Assembly: GCA_965213675.1 (NCBI GenBank)
Contig: OZ243916.1
Span: 2,080,001 to 2,144,000, forward strand
Direction of reading: 5' to 3'
DNA: 64,000 bases
Source: an uncultured Candidatus Binatia bacterium
GTDB lineage: Bacteria; Desulfobacterota; Binatia; UBA9968; JAJDTQ01
Position 1 is the first letter of the stretch. The number at the start of each line of letters is the position of its first letter. This document shows positions 38,361 through 48,299 of this stretch, one piece after another. A program made the translations under genes and the position numbers. Below the pieces are notes generated by a model. The model was not told the DNA's origin. It saw only the letters and a program-made list of their open reading frames with translations, and ran no database searches.

Positions 38361-39398
38361 CTACAAGAGCCGCTTCTGGCGCTTCTCCCGATCCACGCGG
38401 GACGCCGACTGCGACCGTCCCAAGTGGCGGTAGGCCACCGGCGTGGCCACCCGGCCCTGGGGACGGCGCTCGAGAAAGCCCGCCTGAATGAGGTAAGGCT
38501 CGTAGGCGTCCTCCACGGTGCCGCGCTCCTCACCGATGGCGGCGGCCAGCGTGTCCAGGCCCACGGGACCGCCATCGAATTTGTCGATGATGGTGGCGAG
38601 GATCAGCGTATCCATCTTGTCGCACCCCTGCTCATCCACCTCCAGCATCTCCAGTGCCCGGCACGCCACCGGGCGGGTGATCCGTCCCTGTCCATGGACC
38701 TCCGCGTAGTCTCGCACCCGGCGCAGCAGCCGGTTGGCGATGCGCGGCGTGCCGCGGGAACGACGCGCGATCTCCAGGAAGCCGTCATCGTCGCCGCCCA
38801 CGCGCAACAGTGCCGCCGAGCGGGACAACAACCGGGCCAGCACTTCCGGTTCGTAGAAGTCGAGGCGGAACACCGCGCCGAACCGGTTGCGCAAGGCCGG
38901 CGTCAAGAGGCCGGAGCGCGTGGTGGCGCCGACGAGGGTAAAGCGCTTGAGATCGAGCTTGATGGACTTGGCGCCCGGCCCCTGGCCGATCATCACGTCC
39001 ACCTGGAAATCCTCCATGGCCGGGTAGAGCACCTCCTCCACCACGTGGTTGAGCCGGTGGATCTCGTCGATAAACAGGATGTCGCCGGCATCGAGGTTGG
39101 TGAGCAACGCGGCGAGATCGCCGGGGCGTTCGATCACCGGACCCGAGGTGGGGCGGATATTCACGCCCATCTCGTGCGAGACGAGGTGCGCCAGGGAGGT
39201 CTTGCCAAGCCCGGGCGGGCCGTGGAAGAGCAGATGATCGAGGACGTCGCCGCGCTGTTTGGCGGCGGTGATGGCGATGGCGAGGTTGGCCTTGACCTTG
39301 TCCTGCCCGACGTATTCGTCGAAGTACTGAGGACGCAGGCTCGAATCGAAGACAACGTCCTCTTCCGTGCCCGTGGGCGCAATGGTCCTGCTTTCCAT
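38361..39398 (-). CDS. ruvB: Holliday junction branch migration ATPase RuvB
   Basis: [24 protein letters not shown] and [17 protein letters not shown] motifs. Confidence 0.98.
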   Translation of the reverse strand: MESRTIAPTGTEEDVVFDSSLRPQYFDEYVGQDKVKANLAIAITAAKQRGDVLDHLLFHGPPGLGKTSLAHLVSHEMGVNIRPTSGPVIERPGDLAALLTNLDAGDILFIDEIHRLNHVVEEVLYPAMEDFQVDVMIGQGPGAKSIKLDLKRFTLVGATTRSGLLTPALRNRFGAVFRLDFYEPEVLARLLSRSAALLRVGGDDDGFLEIARRSRGTPRIANRLLRRVRDYAEVHGQGRITRPVACRALEMLEVDEQGCDKMDTLILATIIDKFDGGPVGLDTLAAAIGEERGTVEDAYEPYLIQAGFLERRPQGRVATPVAYRHLGRSQSASRVDREKRQKRLL

Positions 39399-39419
39399 GA
39401 ACGGGGTTCCGCCGGCGCG

Positions 39420-39592
39420 CTAGTGTGGCGTTGGGAGAATCCGTGGACCCGGACGCCCTGGAACTCTTCTTGCCGGCAAGACACGATGATTCGCAGGGGC
39501 GACCGGCGGTCGCCCCCATGTGGCGGGCGCCACACAGCCGATGGCGACAAGGACCCACAGATGGTTCAACGTATTCTCCCGAAGCAACACTA
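39420..39592 (+). mobile_element. Degenerate family A element between ruvA and ruvB, with a REP-like hairpin replacing the centre
   Basis: CTAG + TGTGGCGTTGGGAGAATCCGTGGA / TCAACGTATTCTCCCGAAGCAACA + CTA (ruvA stop); core remnants GCCGGCAAG..CGATGA and CACAGCCGATGGCGA; central GGGGCGACCGGCGGTCGCCCC. Confidence 0.6.
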
Positions 39593-40177
39593 AAGGCCGA
39601 GCTGACGCAGGGCACCCTTGAGCACCGTCTCCAGATCGGCGGCGCCCTCGTCCAGCAACCGGCGCACGACCTTGTCCGCGTCCGTGCGCCGGTAGCCCAG
39701 GTTCACCAGCGCCGACACGGCGTCGCCCCGGATTCCCGGATCCAGCGCCGGAGCCTCCGGACCGACATCCGGCAACAACGTAATTTTATCACGCAGTTCC
39801 ACGATCATGCGATCCGCCATGCGTTTGCCGATTCCCGGGATCGAGACCAGGCGGGCGACGTCGCCATCGCGCAGAGCGGCCAGCAACTCCGCCGCGGCAA
39901 GGCCCGAAAGGATGTTGAGCGCCAGCCGTGGACCGATGCCCGACACCCCGGTGAGCAGCATGAACGCCTGCTTCTCCGCCGGCTCGAAGAAGCCGAACAA
40001 CTGGATGGCGTCTTCCCGAACGTGGGTGTGTACCCACAGGCTCACCGGCTCGCCCACATCCGGCAGCCGATAGAAGACGCTCAACGCCGTGAAGAGCTGA
40101 TAGCCGACGCCGCCGACGTCGACAATGACTTCGCCCGGCGCCTTGTGGTCCAATGTACCGCGAATCCTGGCGATCAC
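39590..40177 (-). CDS. ruvA: Holliday junction binding protein RuvA
   Basis: IARIRG, VGGVGY, HVRED..LFGF, VSGIGPRLA and IPGIGKR motifs; GTG at 40177. Confidence 0.96.
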   Translation of the reverse strand: MIARIRGTLDHKAPGEVIVDVGGVGYQLFTALSVFYRLPDVGEPVSLWVHTHVREDAIQLFGFFEPAEKQAFMLLTGVSGIGPRLALNILSGLAAAELLAALRDGDVARLVSIPGIGKRMADRMIVELRDKITLLPDVGPEAPALDPGIRGDAVSALVNLGYRRTDADKVVRRLLDEGAADLETVLKGALRQLGL

Positions 40178-40266
40178 GATCAAGACTCGGAACGGTTCGG
40201 CGCGCCGTCGCCCGGCTTGGTCACCGGCGCGCACCGGGACACGACACTACGGAAGCCATCCGGCCC

Positions 40267-40860
40267 TCACCCCTTGGCCCCGGGGACGGCCTCAACCGGC
40301 CAGCGCAGCCCACGGGAACTTCTCCCGCCGCGGAACGACAGCGCGGCGCCGGTGCGGAACGCGCCCAGGTGACCGTGGCACAGGGCCATCGCCAGCGCGT
40401 CGGCGGCGTCCTCCTGAGGTTCCGCGGGCAGTTCCAGGAGGGCGGCGACCATCTGCTGTATCTGTGCCTTGCTCGCGTGCCCGTAGCCCGTCACGGCCTT
40501 CTTCACCTGGACCGAGTTGTACTCGGCCACCGGCAGATCGCCTTCAGCCGCCGCCAGCAGCGCCACGCCGCGCACCTGACCGAGCTTCAACGCGCTCTGC
40601 ACGTTGCGCGCGAGAAAGACTTTCTCCAGACTGACGCAAGTCGGCTGGTGTTCCCGGGTGACGCGGGTCAACTCGGTGAAGACGCGGTGGAGGCGACGGT
40701 CCTGCGACAGGCGGGCGGCGGCCCGCACCGTCCCGTGGGCGACGTGCCGGAGCCGGTTTCCCTCGGCGCGGATGACGCCCCAGCCGGTCTTGATGGTTCC
40801 AGGGTCTATCCCGAGGATCGTTTCGATAGGACCTTCTCCGATCCCGCCAGCCGGCATCAA
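40267..40860 (-). CDS. ruvC: Crossover junction endodeoxyribonuclease RuvC
   Basis: [18 protein letters not shown] and DAADALA.A.CH motifs. Confidence 0.96.
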   Translation of the reverse strand: MMPAGGIGEGPIETILGIDPGTIKTGWGVIRAEGNRLRHVAHGTVRAAARLSQDRRLHRVFTELTRVTREHQPTCVSLEKVFLARNVQSALKLGQVRGVALLAAAEGDLPVAEYNSVQVKKAVTGYGHASKAQIQQMVAALLELPAEPQEDAADALAMALCHGHLGAFRTGAALSFRGGRSSRGLRWPVEAVPGAKG

Positions 40861-41603
40861 CCGGCCTTCTCGAGCATCTCGTCCGAAATGTCGAAGTTCG
40901 CGGCGACGCTCTGGACGTCGTCGTGGTCCTCAAGCTCCTCGGTGAGAGTGAGGGTGCGCTCGGCCTCCTTGTCGCCAAGGGTCGTGGTGGTCTTGGGGAT
41001 CATGGTGACTTCGGCCGACACCACGGCGACTTTGGCGTTGTCGAGGCTCTCCCGGACCGCGTTGAAATCCTCGGGCGCGGTGACAATCTCGAAGACATCG
41101 TCGCTCTCGGTGACGTCCTCGGCGCCGGCCTCGAGCGCCACGCCGATCAACTCGTCCTCGTCCACCGTGTCCCGGGACACGACGATAAGCCCCTTGCTGT
41201 CAAACATCCACGCCACGCAGCCGGTCTCGCCGAGGCTGCCGCCGTGCTTGTTGAACAGCCGGCGAATGTCCGACACCGTACGGTTGCGGTTGTCCGTCAG
41301 CACCTGCACCAGGAAGGCGGCGCCGCCCGGCCCATAACCCTCGTAGTGGATTTCCTCGTAGGACACCCCTTCGAGCTCGCCCGTACCCTTCTTGATGGCG
41401 CGCTCGATGTTGTCGTTGGGCATGCTGTTCTCACGGGCCGTCTGCACCGCGGTGCGCAGGCGCGGGTTGTTCGTCAGGTCCCCGCCGCCCATGCGCGCGG
41501 CCACCGTGATCTCCTTGATGAACTTGGTGAACAGCTTTCCGCGCTTGGCGTCCTTGGCCGCCTTCTTGTGCTTGATGGTGCTCCATTTCGAATGTCCGGA
41601 CAT
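40857..41603 (-). CDS. yebC: YebC/PmpR family protein
   Basis: [22 protein letters not shown] and TDNRNRT motifs. Confidence 0.97.
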   Translation of the reverse strand: MSGHSKWSTIKHKKAAKDAKRGKLFTKFIKEITVAARMGGGDLTNNPRLRTAVQTARENSMPNDNIERAIKKGTGELEGVSYEEIHYEGYGPGGAAFLVQVLTDNRNRTVSDIRRLFNKHGGSLGETGCVAWMFDSKGLIVVSRDTVDEDELIGVALEAGAEDVTESDDVFEIVTAPEDFNAVRESLDNAKVAVVSAEVTMIPKTTTTLGDKEAERTLTLTEELEDHDDVQSVAANFDISDEMLEKAG

Positions 41604-41980
41604 GGCGCGACACGCTCCTCCAACAAAATCCGCCGACAGCGGCCGCCAAGTCGCGGTTGCGAGGTTGCCGGAGTGCTTGCCAACCGGTTCCCGCGGACAG
41701 CGGCAGACTTGTCGACAGGATAAAAGCTACCATAACTGGCGCCGGCCCGTAAACGGAGCCGGGAGAGCGGAACCGGTGGGAGGGCAACGATTCCCGGCTG
41801 GGCCCTGGATCGCCTCGGCAAGCGTGGCGAGCGTGATGCGGACCGAGCGGGATGCGGGCTTTGGGCGCGGCCGATTTCCCTTTCCGAGGTCGATCCGGGG
41901 GCGAAATGGGGATCGCCGGACGAGTCGGCGGCCCCGGCAGCGCTTCCATGAGGCTGGCATTCCGGTATAATTCAGAGTCG

Positions 41981-42736
41981 ATGGCTCCCCCACCCTCACG
42001 GCGACCATGCGCCCGCGTTTGGCCTTGGGTCATCGCATCCCTCGTGGCGCTTGCGGCGTGCGCGCCCACGAACCCGAACCCCACGAATCGGGATTCTTCA
42101 CGGCCCGACGTCTCACGGTCGGTTCCCACGATGCCGCCGGACACGCCGCGTGTCCCCACCTCTCCCAAGGTTCCGCTGGCGCAGGAGGGCGTCGCGTCCT
42201 GGTACGGCCCGGGCTTTCACGGCAGGAAGACCAGCAGCGGCGCCGTCTTCGACCAGCACGGCATGACCGCCGCGCACCAGACCCTGCCGCTGGGATCCAG
42301 CGTTCACGTCACCAATCTCACCAACGGCAAGTCCGTCACCGTTCTGATCAACGACCGCGGCCCGTTCGTCAAGAATCGGGTGATCGACCTCTCCTACGCC
42401 GCGGCCCGCGCGGTGGACATGATCCGGCCCGGCATCGTGCCGGTACGGCTGAAGGTCGTGGACACGGGCGGTCACGACCTCCAGGCCATCCCGGACCGCC
42501 TCGACTACACCTTGCAGGTGGGGGCCTTTACCGTGCTGGCCAAGGCGGAGAATCTGAAGACACGGCTCCAGAGCCGTTACAACCGCCCCGTCGTCATCGA
42601 AGCCCACGGAGACTACTACCGCGTCCGCCTCGGCATCTTCGCCGACTACTCCGCCGCCAAGGACTACGGCGCCCGATTGAATCGGGACGGCCTGCCCGCG
42701 GTAGTGGTGGAGAAATGGCCGCCAGCGGGGCCGTGA
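41981..42736 (+). CDS. rlpA: Septal ring lytic transglycosylase RlpA (DPBB + SPOR) lipoprotein
   Basis: Lipobox LAAC; ASWYG..FHG, TAAH.TLP, INDRGP and IDLS motifs; SPOR LQVGAF. Start approximate. Confidence 0.9.
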   Translation: MAPPPSRRPCARVWPWVIASLVALAACAPTNPNPTNRDSSRPDVSRSVPTMPPDTPRVPTSPKVPLAQEGVASWYGPGFHGRKTSSGAVFDQHGMTAAHQTLPLGSSVHVTNLTNGKSVTVLINDRGPFVKNRVIDLSYAAARAVDMIRPGIVPVRLKVVDTGGHDLQAIPDRLDYTLQVGAFTVLAKAENLKTRLQSRYNRPVVIEAHGDYYRVRLGIFADYSAAKDYGARLNRDGLPAVVVEKWPPAGP

Positions 42737-42960
42737 CGCCGGTCACCGAATCGGTGCGGACACCGCGTCGACGGCTGAATGGAACTCGTTCCAGCCCCAC
42801 GAGGCCTCGTTCCGAGGAAATGGTGCTGTCCGAACCCCCCACTGCCGTGCGAATCGGCAGCGTGGAATAGTCCCGTCAGCCGGCCGGATAGTCCCTTCGG
42901 CCGGCCGAGCGGACGGCGAAGGCTTGCTGATCTGGCAGTATGATGCCGGATTTACAAGGA

Positions 42961-43785
42961 TCAGACAGGTGGGGGAGTTCTCAAGAGGTACCGGTTGCCT
43001 TCCACATACACCCGCTCCTCGGCGATCAATTTCAACAGGTGGGCTTCGACGGAGGAGTGGGCCACGCGCATGAGCGCTGCGGGATAGTCCACGTAAATGA
43101 GCGCCACCAAGTCGTCGATGGACTGGCGCCCTTCGCGCAGGCCCTGCAGGATCTGTTCCTCCCGCATCAGCCGATGGTCGATGTATTCCCGGATCTTGGC
43201 CATGGGCTCGGTCACGAACGGACCGTGACCGGGAAGCAGCAACTCGATGTCGAGCGAAAGGAGCTTCTCCAGGGACTCCATGTAGTGGAGCATGTTCCCT
43301 TCGCCCGCCGGCACCACCGTGGTGCCCTTGCCGAGGATGTGGTCTCCGGAGAAGAGGATCTTCTTTTCCCGCTCGTAGAAGCAGCAATGCCCGGCCTCGT
43401 GGCCCGGAGTGAACACCACCTCCAGCTCGCCGCCGTCATACGGGATGCGGTCACCCTCGTCGTAGGTGAAGTCCTCGCCGCCCAAGTGCCCCGCGCGCAC
43501 CCGTGAAATCCCGACCTCGGCGCCGCTGCGCTCCTTGAGGGCCAGCGCGCCGCCGCAGTGGTCCATGTGGATGTGGGTCAGCAGAATGCGGGAAATGCGC
43601 GTCCCGCCCAACGCCGCCATCTCGGACAACAAGCCGTCGATGTTCTCATTCGAACCAAGCGCCACGTCGATGACCGTGATCGCCTCGCGGCCCAGGAGGT
43701 ACTGGTTCGTCCCCCGGAGCGTCATGTAGCCGGGATTGGTGGCGGTGAGGCAGCGTATGTTGTCAGCGTTCTCTACCTTGGGCAT
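42961..43785 (-). CDS. MBL-fold metallohydrolase (LACTB2-like, C-terminal winged helix)
   Basis: GTN.Y, THIHMDHCGG, TPGH, SGDH and PGHG motifs. Confidence 0.9.
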   Translation of the reverse strand: MPKVENADNIRCLTATNPGYMTLRGTNQYLLGREAITVIDVALGSNENIDGLLSEMAALGGTRISRILLTHIHMDHCGGALALKERSGAEVGISRVRAGHLGGEDFTYDEGDRIPYDGGELEVVFTPGHEAGHCCFYEREKKILFSGDHILGKGTTVVPAGEGNMLHYMESLEKLLSLDIELLLPGHGPFVTEPMAKIREYIDHRLMREEQILQGLREGRQSIDDLVALIYVDYPAALMRVAHSSVEAHLLKLIAEERVYVEGNRYLLRTPPPV

Positions 43786-43874
43786 GGGCAGGTGTTCTCC
43801 TCAGTTTCGGGCCATCACGGACACCGGATCCACGCCTGGACACGACCCGATCTCACATGCCTGGCCCACGCCGG

Positions 43875-44747
43875 TCATGCGCCGCCCAAGGCCTCGGCCA
43901 ATTCCAGGGTACGGCGCGCCCGTTCGATGATGGGTCGGTCGATGAGCTGGCCGCCGAAGGCCACGGAGCCGTCGCCGCGGGCGGCGGCCTCTTCGTAGGC
44001 CTCGATGACCTTGCGGGCGTAGTCGATCTCTTCGGGGCCGGGGCTGAAGGCGGCGTTGATGGGCGCGATCTGCCCCGGATGGATGGACGACATGCCGGTG
44101 AAGCCCAAGCGCCGCGACTGCAGCGCGAACCGGGTGAGGCCGTCCGCGTCCTGGAGATCCACCCAGACCCCGTCCACCGCCTGGACATGGGCCGAAGCCG
44201 CCGCCACCACCAGTGCCGAGCGGGCGTAGAGCAGCTCCTGGGCCTCTCCCTCGCGGGACGCGGGCAGGCCCAGTTCCCGGCCGAAGTCCTCCGCGCCGAA
44301 CATGAGCCCCACGACGCGAGGCGAGCACCCGGCGATGGCCGGAGCGGCCAGGAGTCCCCGGGGACTCTCGATGGCCACCAGCATCTTCACCGTCGTGCCC
44401 GTGGACGCCTCGTGCGCCGCCACCAGCGACTCCACCGTGGCGATCTCTTCCGGCGATTCCACCTTGGGCAGCACCAGCCCGTCGAGCCCCGGCCGCAGCA
44501 CCGCGGCGAGGTCGTCCGCCATGCGCTGGTGGCCGATGGCGTTGATGCGCACGTAGCGCAACGGTTGCCCCGGGCTCCGCTCGCGCCCCAGGGCCTCGCC
44601 GATGAGACGCCGGGCCTCCGCCTTCTCCGCCGGCGCCACGCCGTCCTCGATGTCCAGCATGAGCGCGTCCGCGTCCAGCCCCAGGGCCTTGTCGATCATC
44701 CGCTGCCGGTGGCCCGGCACGAACATCCAGGAACGTTGCAAATCCAT
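43875..44747 (-). CDS. CitE/HpcH-family acyl-CoA lyase (citrate lyase beta-like)
   Basis: RSWMFVPG, LDIEDGV, LPKVES, IES, FGAED and IHPGQ motifs. Confidence 0.92.
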   Translation of the reverse strand: MDLQRSWMFVPGHRQRMIDKALGLDADALMLDIEDGVAPAEKAEARRLIGEALGRERSPGQPLRYVRINAIGHQRMADDLAAVLRPGLDGLVLPKVESPEEIATVESLVAAHEASTGTTVKMLVAIESPRGLLAAPAIAGCSPRVVGLMFGAEDFGRELGLPASREGEAQELLYARSALVVAAASAHVQAVDGVWVDLQDADGLTRFALQSRRLGFTGMSSIHPGQIAPINAAFSPGPEEIDYARKVIEAYEEAAARGDGSVAFGGQLIDRPIIERARRTLELAEALGGA

Positions 44748-44840
44748 GGTCAGCCGTTTCCTTCGACGGTTCAGGTCACGGGAAGCCACGGGTTGCGGCC
44801 GGCTCCGGCGCGAACAACGCCGTCCTTCTCCGCGCGTCCG

Positions 44841-46004
44841 TCAATACGACCGTGGCATGCCCAGAACGTGCTGCCCGAGGTAGGCCAGCACCAGGTTGTT
44901 GCTCACCGGCGCGATGGTCAGGAGCCGGGTCTCGCGGAACTTGCGCTCCACGTCGTAGTCCACCGACAGGCCGTAGCCGCCGTGGGTGGTGATGCAGGCG
45001 TTGGCCGCCTCCCACGCGGCTTCGGAGGCCAGCAGCTTGGCCATGTTGGCCTCGGCGCCGCAGCGCTCGCCTCGGTCGAACTTCGACGCCGCGTGCCAGC
45101 GCACCAAGTCCGCCGCCTCGATGTGGGCGTAGGCCTGGGCGATGGGAAACTGAATCCCCTGGTTGGCGCCAATGGGGCGGCCGAACACTTGGCGCTCGCT
45201 GGCGTAGCGCGACGCCCGCTCCACGAACCAGCGCCCGTCCCCCACCGCCTCCGCGGCGATGAGCACCCGTTCCGCGTTCCAGCCATCGATAATGTAGCGG
45301 AAGCCCATGCCCTCCTCACCGATGAGGTTCTCCGCCGGCACCTCCAGGTCGGAGAAGAACAGCGCGTTGGTGTGATGGTTGATCATCATGTCCAGGGGCT
45401 TCACTTCCAGCGCGTCCCCGGCTTCCCTCAAGTCCACCAGAAACGCCGACAATCCGCGGGTCTTGTCCTCGAGCTCGTCGTAGGGGGTGGTGCGGGCCAG
45501 CAGCAGCATCAGGTCCGACTGCAACACCCGCGAGATGAAGATCTTCTGCCCGTTCACCACGTAGCGGTCGCCCTTGCGCACCGCCGTGGTGCGGATGCGC
45601 GTGGTCTCGGAGCCGGAGTCGGGCTCGGTGACGCCGAACGCCTGGAGGCGGATCTCGCCGCTGGCCACCCCGGGCAGGTAACGCCGCTTCTGCTCCTCGC
45701 TGCCGTGCCGCAGCACGGTGCCCATGGTGTACATCTGCGCGTGGCAGGCGGTGGCGTTGCCGCCCCAGCGGTTGATCTCCTCCAGGATGATGCTGGCCTC
45801 GGTGATGCCGAGTCCGATGCCGCCGTATTCCTCGGGAATCAGCGCCGCCAGCCAGCCCAGCTCCGTGAGCTTGGCCACGAACGCCTCGGGATACTCGTTA
45901 CGGGCATCGACGTCACGCCAATACGGATCGGAATAGTCCTGGCAGACCTTGCGGATCTCCTCCCGGAGCTGCACCTGGTCTTCGGTAGGGGTGAAATCCA
46001 TCAT
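44841..46004 (-). CDS. Acyl-CoA dehydrogenase
   Basis: IPEEYGG, FGVTEP..GS, NGQK, R.VFGRPIG.NQ and THGGYG motifs. Confidence 0.95.
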   Translation of the reverse strand: MMDFTPTEDQVQLREEIRKVCQDYSDPYWRDVDARNEYPEAFVAKLTELGWLAALIPEEYGGIGLGITEASIILEEINRWGGNATACHAQMYTMGTVLRHGSEEQKRRYLPGVASGEIRLQAFGVTEPDSGSETTRIRTTAVRKGDRYVVNGQKIFISRVLQSDLMLLLARTTPYDELEDKTRGLSAFLVDLREAGDALEVKPLDMMINHHTNALFFSDLEVPAENLIGEEGMGFRYIIDGWNAERVLIAAEAVGDGRWFVERASRYASERQVFGRPIGANQGIQFPIAQAYAHIEAADLVRWHAASKFDRGERCGAEANMAKLLASEAAWEAANACITTHGGYGLSVDYDVERKFRETRLLTIAPVSNNLVLAYLGQHVLGMPRSY

Positions 46005-46062
46005 GGGTGTGCGGTACTATACAGAGTGGAAGTCACGAATGCCAATTTCACCCGGCTACGGC

Positions 46063-46092
46063 TTGCAGTACGAGGTCTCGGCCCGATAACAT
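46063..46092 (+). promoter_or_regulatory. Putative promoter of the toxin-antitoxin operon
   Basis: TTGCAG, 18 nt, TAACAT upstream of a GGAGG RBS. Confidence 0.4.
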
Positions 46093-46113
46093 TTGAATCG
46101 GAGGTTTCGCCAA

Positions 46114-46347
46114 ATGAATCAAGCCGTAAAACGCTCGACCATCTACTTGGACTCCGATCTTCACCAGGCTTTGAGATTCAAGGCAACAGCGACCAAACGG
46201 TCGGTTTCCGCTTTGGTAAATCAAGCAGTCCGCGAGGCCTTGCGGGAAGATCAGGAAGACGTTTCGGCCTTTGATGAGCGGGCGTCCGAACCGACGTTGT
46301 CCTTCGAAGAACTGTTAAACGACCTCAAGGCCCATGGCCGGCTTTGA
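46114..46347 (+). CDS. CopG/RHH-family antitoxin
   Basis: KRSTIYLDSDLHQALR..SVSALVNQAVREAL.EDQED; acidic tail; overlaps the toxin gene. Confidence 0.85.
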   Translation: MNQAVKRSTIYLDSDLHQALRFKATATKRSVSALVNQAVREALREDQEDVSAFDERASEPTLSFEELLNDLKAHGRL

Positions 46348-46597
46348 GATCGTCTTCAAACAGTCCGTCGCGAAGGACCTCCGTCGTATCTCCACACGGG
46401 ACATTGCGAGAATTCTGTCACGCATACGTGGGCTCGCCTCGGAACCTCGTCCCAACGGCGTAGAGAAACTACCCGGTCAGCAACGGTACCGGATCAGGCA
46501 AGGCGCCTATCGGATCATCTATGAAGTCAAGGATAGCCAATCACTCGTGGTTGTCGTTAAAGTCGGCCATCGCCGCGACGTGTACAGGAGCCGCTGA
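46334..46597 (+). CDS. RelE/ParE (RelE/StbE) family toxin
   Basis: KDLRRI, PRPNGVEKL, YRIRQGAYRIIYEV and VGHRRDVY motifs. Confidence 0.92.
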   Translation: MAGFEIVFKQSVAKDLRRISTRDIARILSRIRGLASEPRPNGVEKLPGQQRYRIRQGAYRIIYEVKDSQSLVVVVKVGHRRDVYRSR

Positions 46598-46665
46598 CCT
46601 GTGACAATCATAGGGTTGGAACGAACAGGGAAATTCAGCGTCACGGCCTGCAATCCAAGGACTCG

Positions 46666-47433
46666 ATGGGTAGCGTGACGAACCGCGCGAGTCGTCGGTT
46701 TCTCTTCGTTGCCTCCGCTGGAATGGCTTTGGTGCTAAACCTGACGGCGACCCCTGGCGCGCAGGATACAACTACGCTCGAGGTCGGCAAATTCTCCGCC
46801 GCCAAGGCCGGCGGCGCGTTACCGGACTCCTGGGAGCCGCTCACCTTCGACAAGATCGAGAAGCACACGGAATACTCGCTGGTGGACGACGGCGGCATCG
46901 TCGCGGTCAAGGCGGTCAGCCGGGCTTCGGCGTCGGGCCTGGTGCGCCAGGTGGACATCGACCCCATGCAATACCCCGTGGTGGAGTGGCGCTGGAAGGT
47001 CGAAAATGTCCTGAAGAAGGGCGACGTCACCCGCAAGGACGGCGACGACTACCCCGCCCGGGTGTACATCACGTTCAGGTATGACAGCAGCAAGGTGGGG
47101 TTCTTCGAACGTGCCAAGTACGAAGCCGTCCGCTTGGCCCATGGGGAATACCCCCCCTTGGGGGCGATCAACTACATCTGGGAGAGCAAGAGTCCGGTGG
47201 GAACCGTTGTCCCCAACCCCTACACCGGCCGCGTCCGGATGTTCGTGCTGCAGAGCGGCAACGGCAAGTCCGGCGAGTGGGTGACGGAGTCGCGCAATCT
47301 CGTCGAGGACTACCGGAGTGCCTTCGGCGGCGACCCGCCACGCATCTCCGGCGTGGCGGTGATGACCGATACCGACAACACCGGCGAATCCGCGGTGGCC
47401 TGGTTCGGGGACATCGTGTTCAAGAGGCAGTGA
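46666..47433 (+). CDS. DUF3047-family exported protein
   Basis: Signal-like N-terminus; ASASGL, WRWKV, DDYPARVY, INYIW and MTDTDNT motifs. Confidence 0.85.
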   Translation: MGSVTNRASRRFLFVASAGMALVLNLTATPGAQDTTTLEVGKFSAAKAGGALPDSWEPLTFDKIEKHTEYSLVDDGGIVAVKAVSRASASGLVRQVDIDPMQYPVVEWRWKVENVLKKGDVTRKDGDDYPARVYITFRYDSSKVGFFERAKYEAVRLAHGEYPPLGAINYIWESKSPVGTVVPNPYTGRVRMFVLQSGNGKSGEWVTESRNLVEDYRSAFGGDPPRISGVAVMTDTDNTGESAVAWFGDIVFKRQ

Positions 47434-47524
47434 CGGCCGCCCGGGTTGTCACTGTTCGGCGTGGCCTGTGCTACCCTGTGGTGGCAGCGCACACACCCTC
47501 CTCCGGGTCATTCCCTCCCCCCAC

Positions 47525-47575
47525 CTGGATTCCCGCCCCCGATCGGGGTCGAGGGCAAGCTTTCGCGGGAATGAC
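47525..47575. repeat. Long-form REP unit (inverted orientation)
   Basis: CTGGATTCCCGCCCCCGATCGGGGTCGAGGGCAAGCTTTCGCGGGAATGAC. Confidence 0.88.
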
Positions 47576-47609
47576 GGAGGAGGAGGAGAGGGAATGATGA
47601 TGTGCGAAA

Positions 47610-47774
47610 CTAGTGTGGTGTCTGGTTAATTCGCGTCATAATCTGCGGAGGATTTTTTGTCGTCGGCAAGGCGCGATGACGAGCAGTGGCGGGTACCACG
47701 CGAGGAAGAGCAACGCAGCCGACGGCGAATAAGACCCGCAGATTATGACGCGAATTATCCAGACACCACACTAG
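47610..47774 (+). mobile_element. Family A element
   Basis: CTAG flanks; 157 bp; arms TGTGGTGTCTGGTTAATTCGCGTCATAATCTGCG / CGCAGATTATGACGCGAATTATCCAGACACCACA. Confidence 0.9.
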
Positions 47775-47792
47775 CACGGAAGGAGATTCCCC

Positions 47793-48299
47793 ATGGCCGT
47801 CGTACAGGGCTGGGAAGGACGTTACTTCGAGGACTTCAACGTCGGCGATGTGTACCGCTGCCGGGTGGGGCGCACGGTGACGGAAAACGACAACATCTGG
47901 TTTACGCTGCTCACCAACAACACCAACCAGATCCACTTCAACAACGAGTACGGCAAACGCACCGAGTTCGGGAAGTGCCTGATCAACAGCGCCCTCACAC
48001 TGGCCATCGTGGCGGGCATGGGTGTGGCGGACGTGAGCGAGAACGGCTTCGCCCTGGGCTGGGACCAGATCACGCTGCCCAACCCCTTGTTCGCCGGGGA
48101 CACGCTCTACTCCGAATCCGAGGTGCTGGAAAAGCGCGACTCCAGGTCGAAACCGCAGTGGGGCATCGTCAAGGTGCGCACCCGGGGCGTGCAGCAGGAA
48201 GGCAAGGTGGTCATCGACTACGCCCGCAGCGTCATGGTCTGGCGCAAGGAGTTCGCGCCCCGGCGGGACATCTTTCCGGAGATCGTCGATGGGGAATAG
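47793..48299 (+). CDS. MaoC-family (hotdog) acyl-CoA hydratase/dehydratase
   Basis: GRYFEDF.VG, RTVTENDNIWFTLLT.N.NQIH and PLFAGDTL motifs; AAGGAG RBS. Confidence 0.92.
   Translation: MAVVQGWEGRYFEDFNVGDVYRCRVGRTVTENDNIWFTLLTNNTNQIHFNNEYGKRTEFGKCLINSALTLAIVAGMGVADVSENGFALGWDQITLPNPLFAGDTLYSESEVLEKRDSRSKPQWGIVKVRTRGVQQEGKVVIDYARSVMVWRKEFAPRRDIFPEIVDGE

Noticed and set aside
42866-42907. 21-bp imperfect tandem duplication between rlpA and the MBL gene
   Set aside because: Only two copies, with no other occurrence or coding context seen.
43857-46274. 805-aa plus-strand ORF and other long antisense ORFs (e.g. 5536-7779, 55943-58162)
   Set aside because: Exact antisense shadows of well-supported genes with no recognisable motifs.
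47657-47792. Recurring short ORFs such as SARRDDEQWR.PREEEQRSRRR
   Set aside because: Translations of the family A core with no RBS. Element plus target is 160-161 bp, not a multiple of 3, so in-frame protein insertion is not supported.
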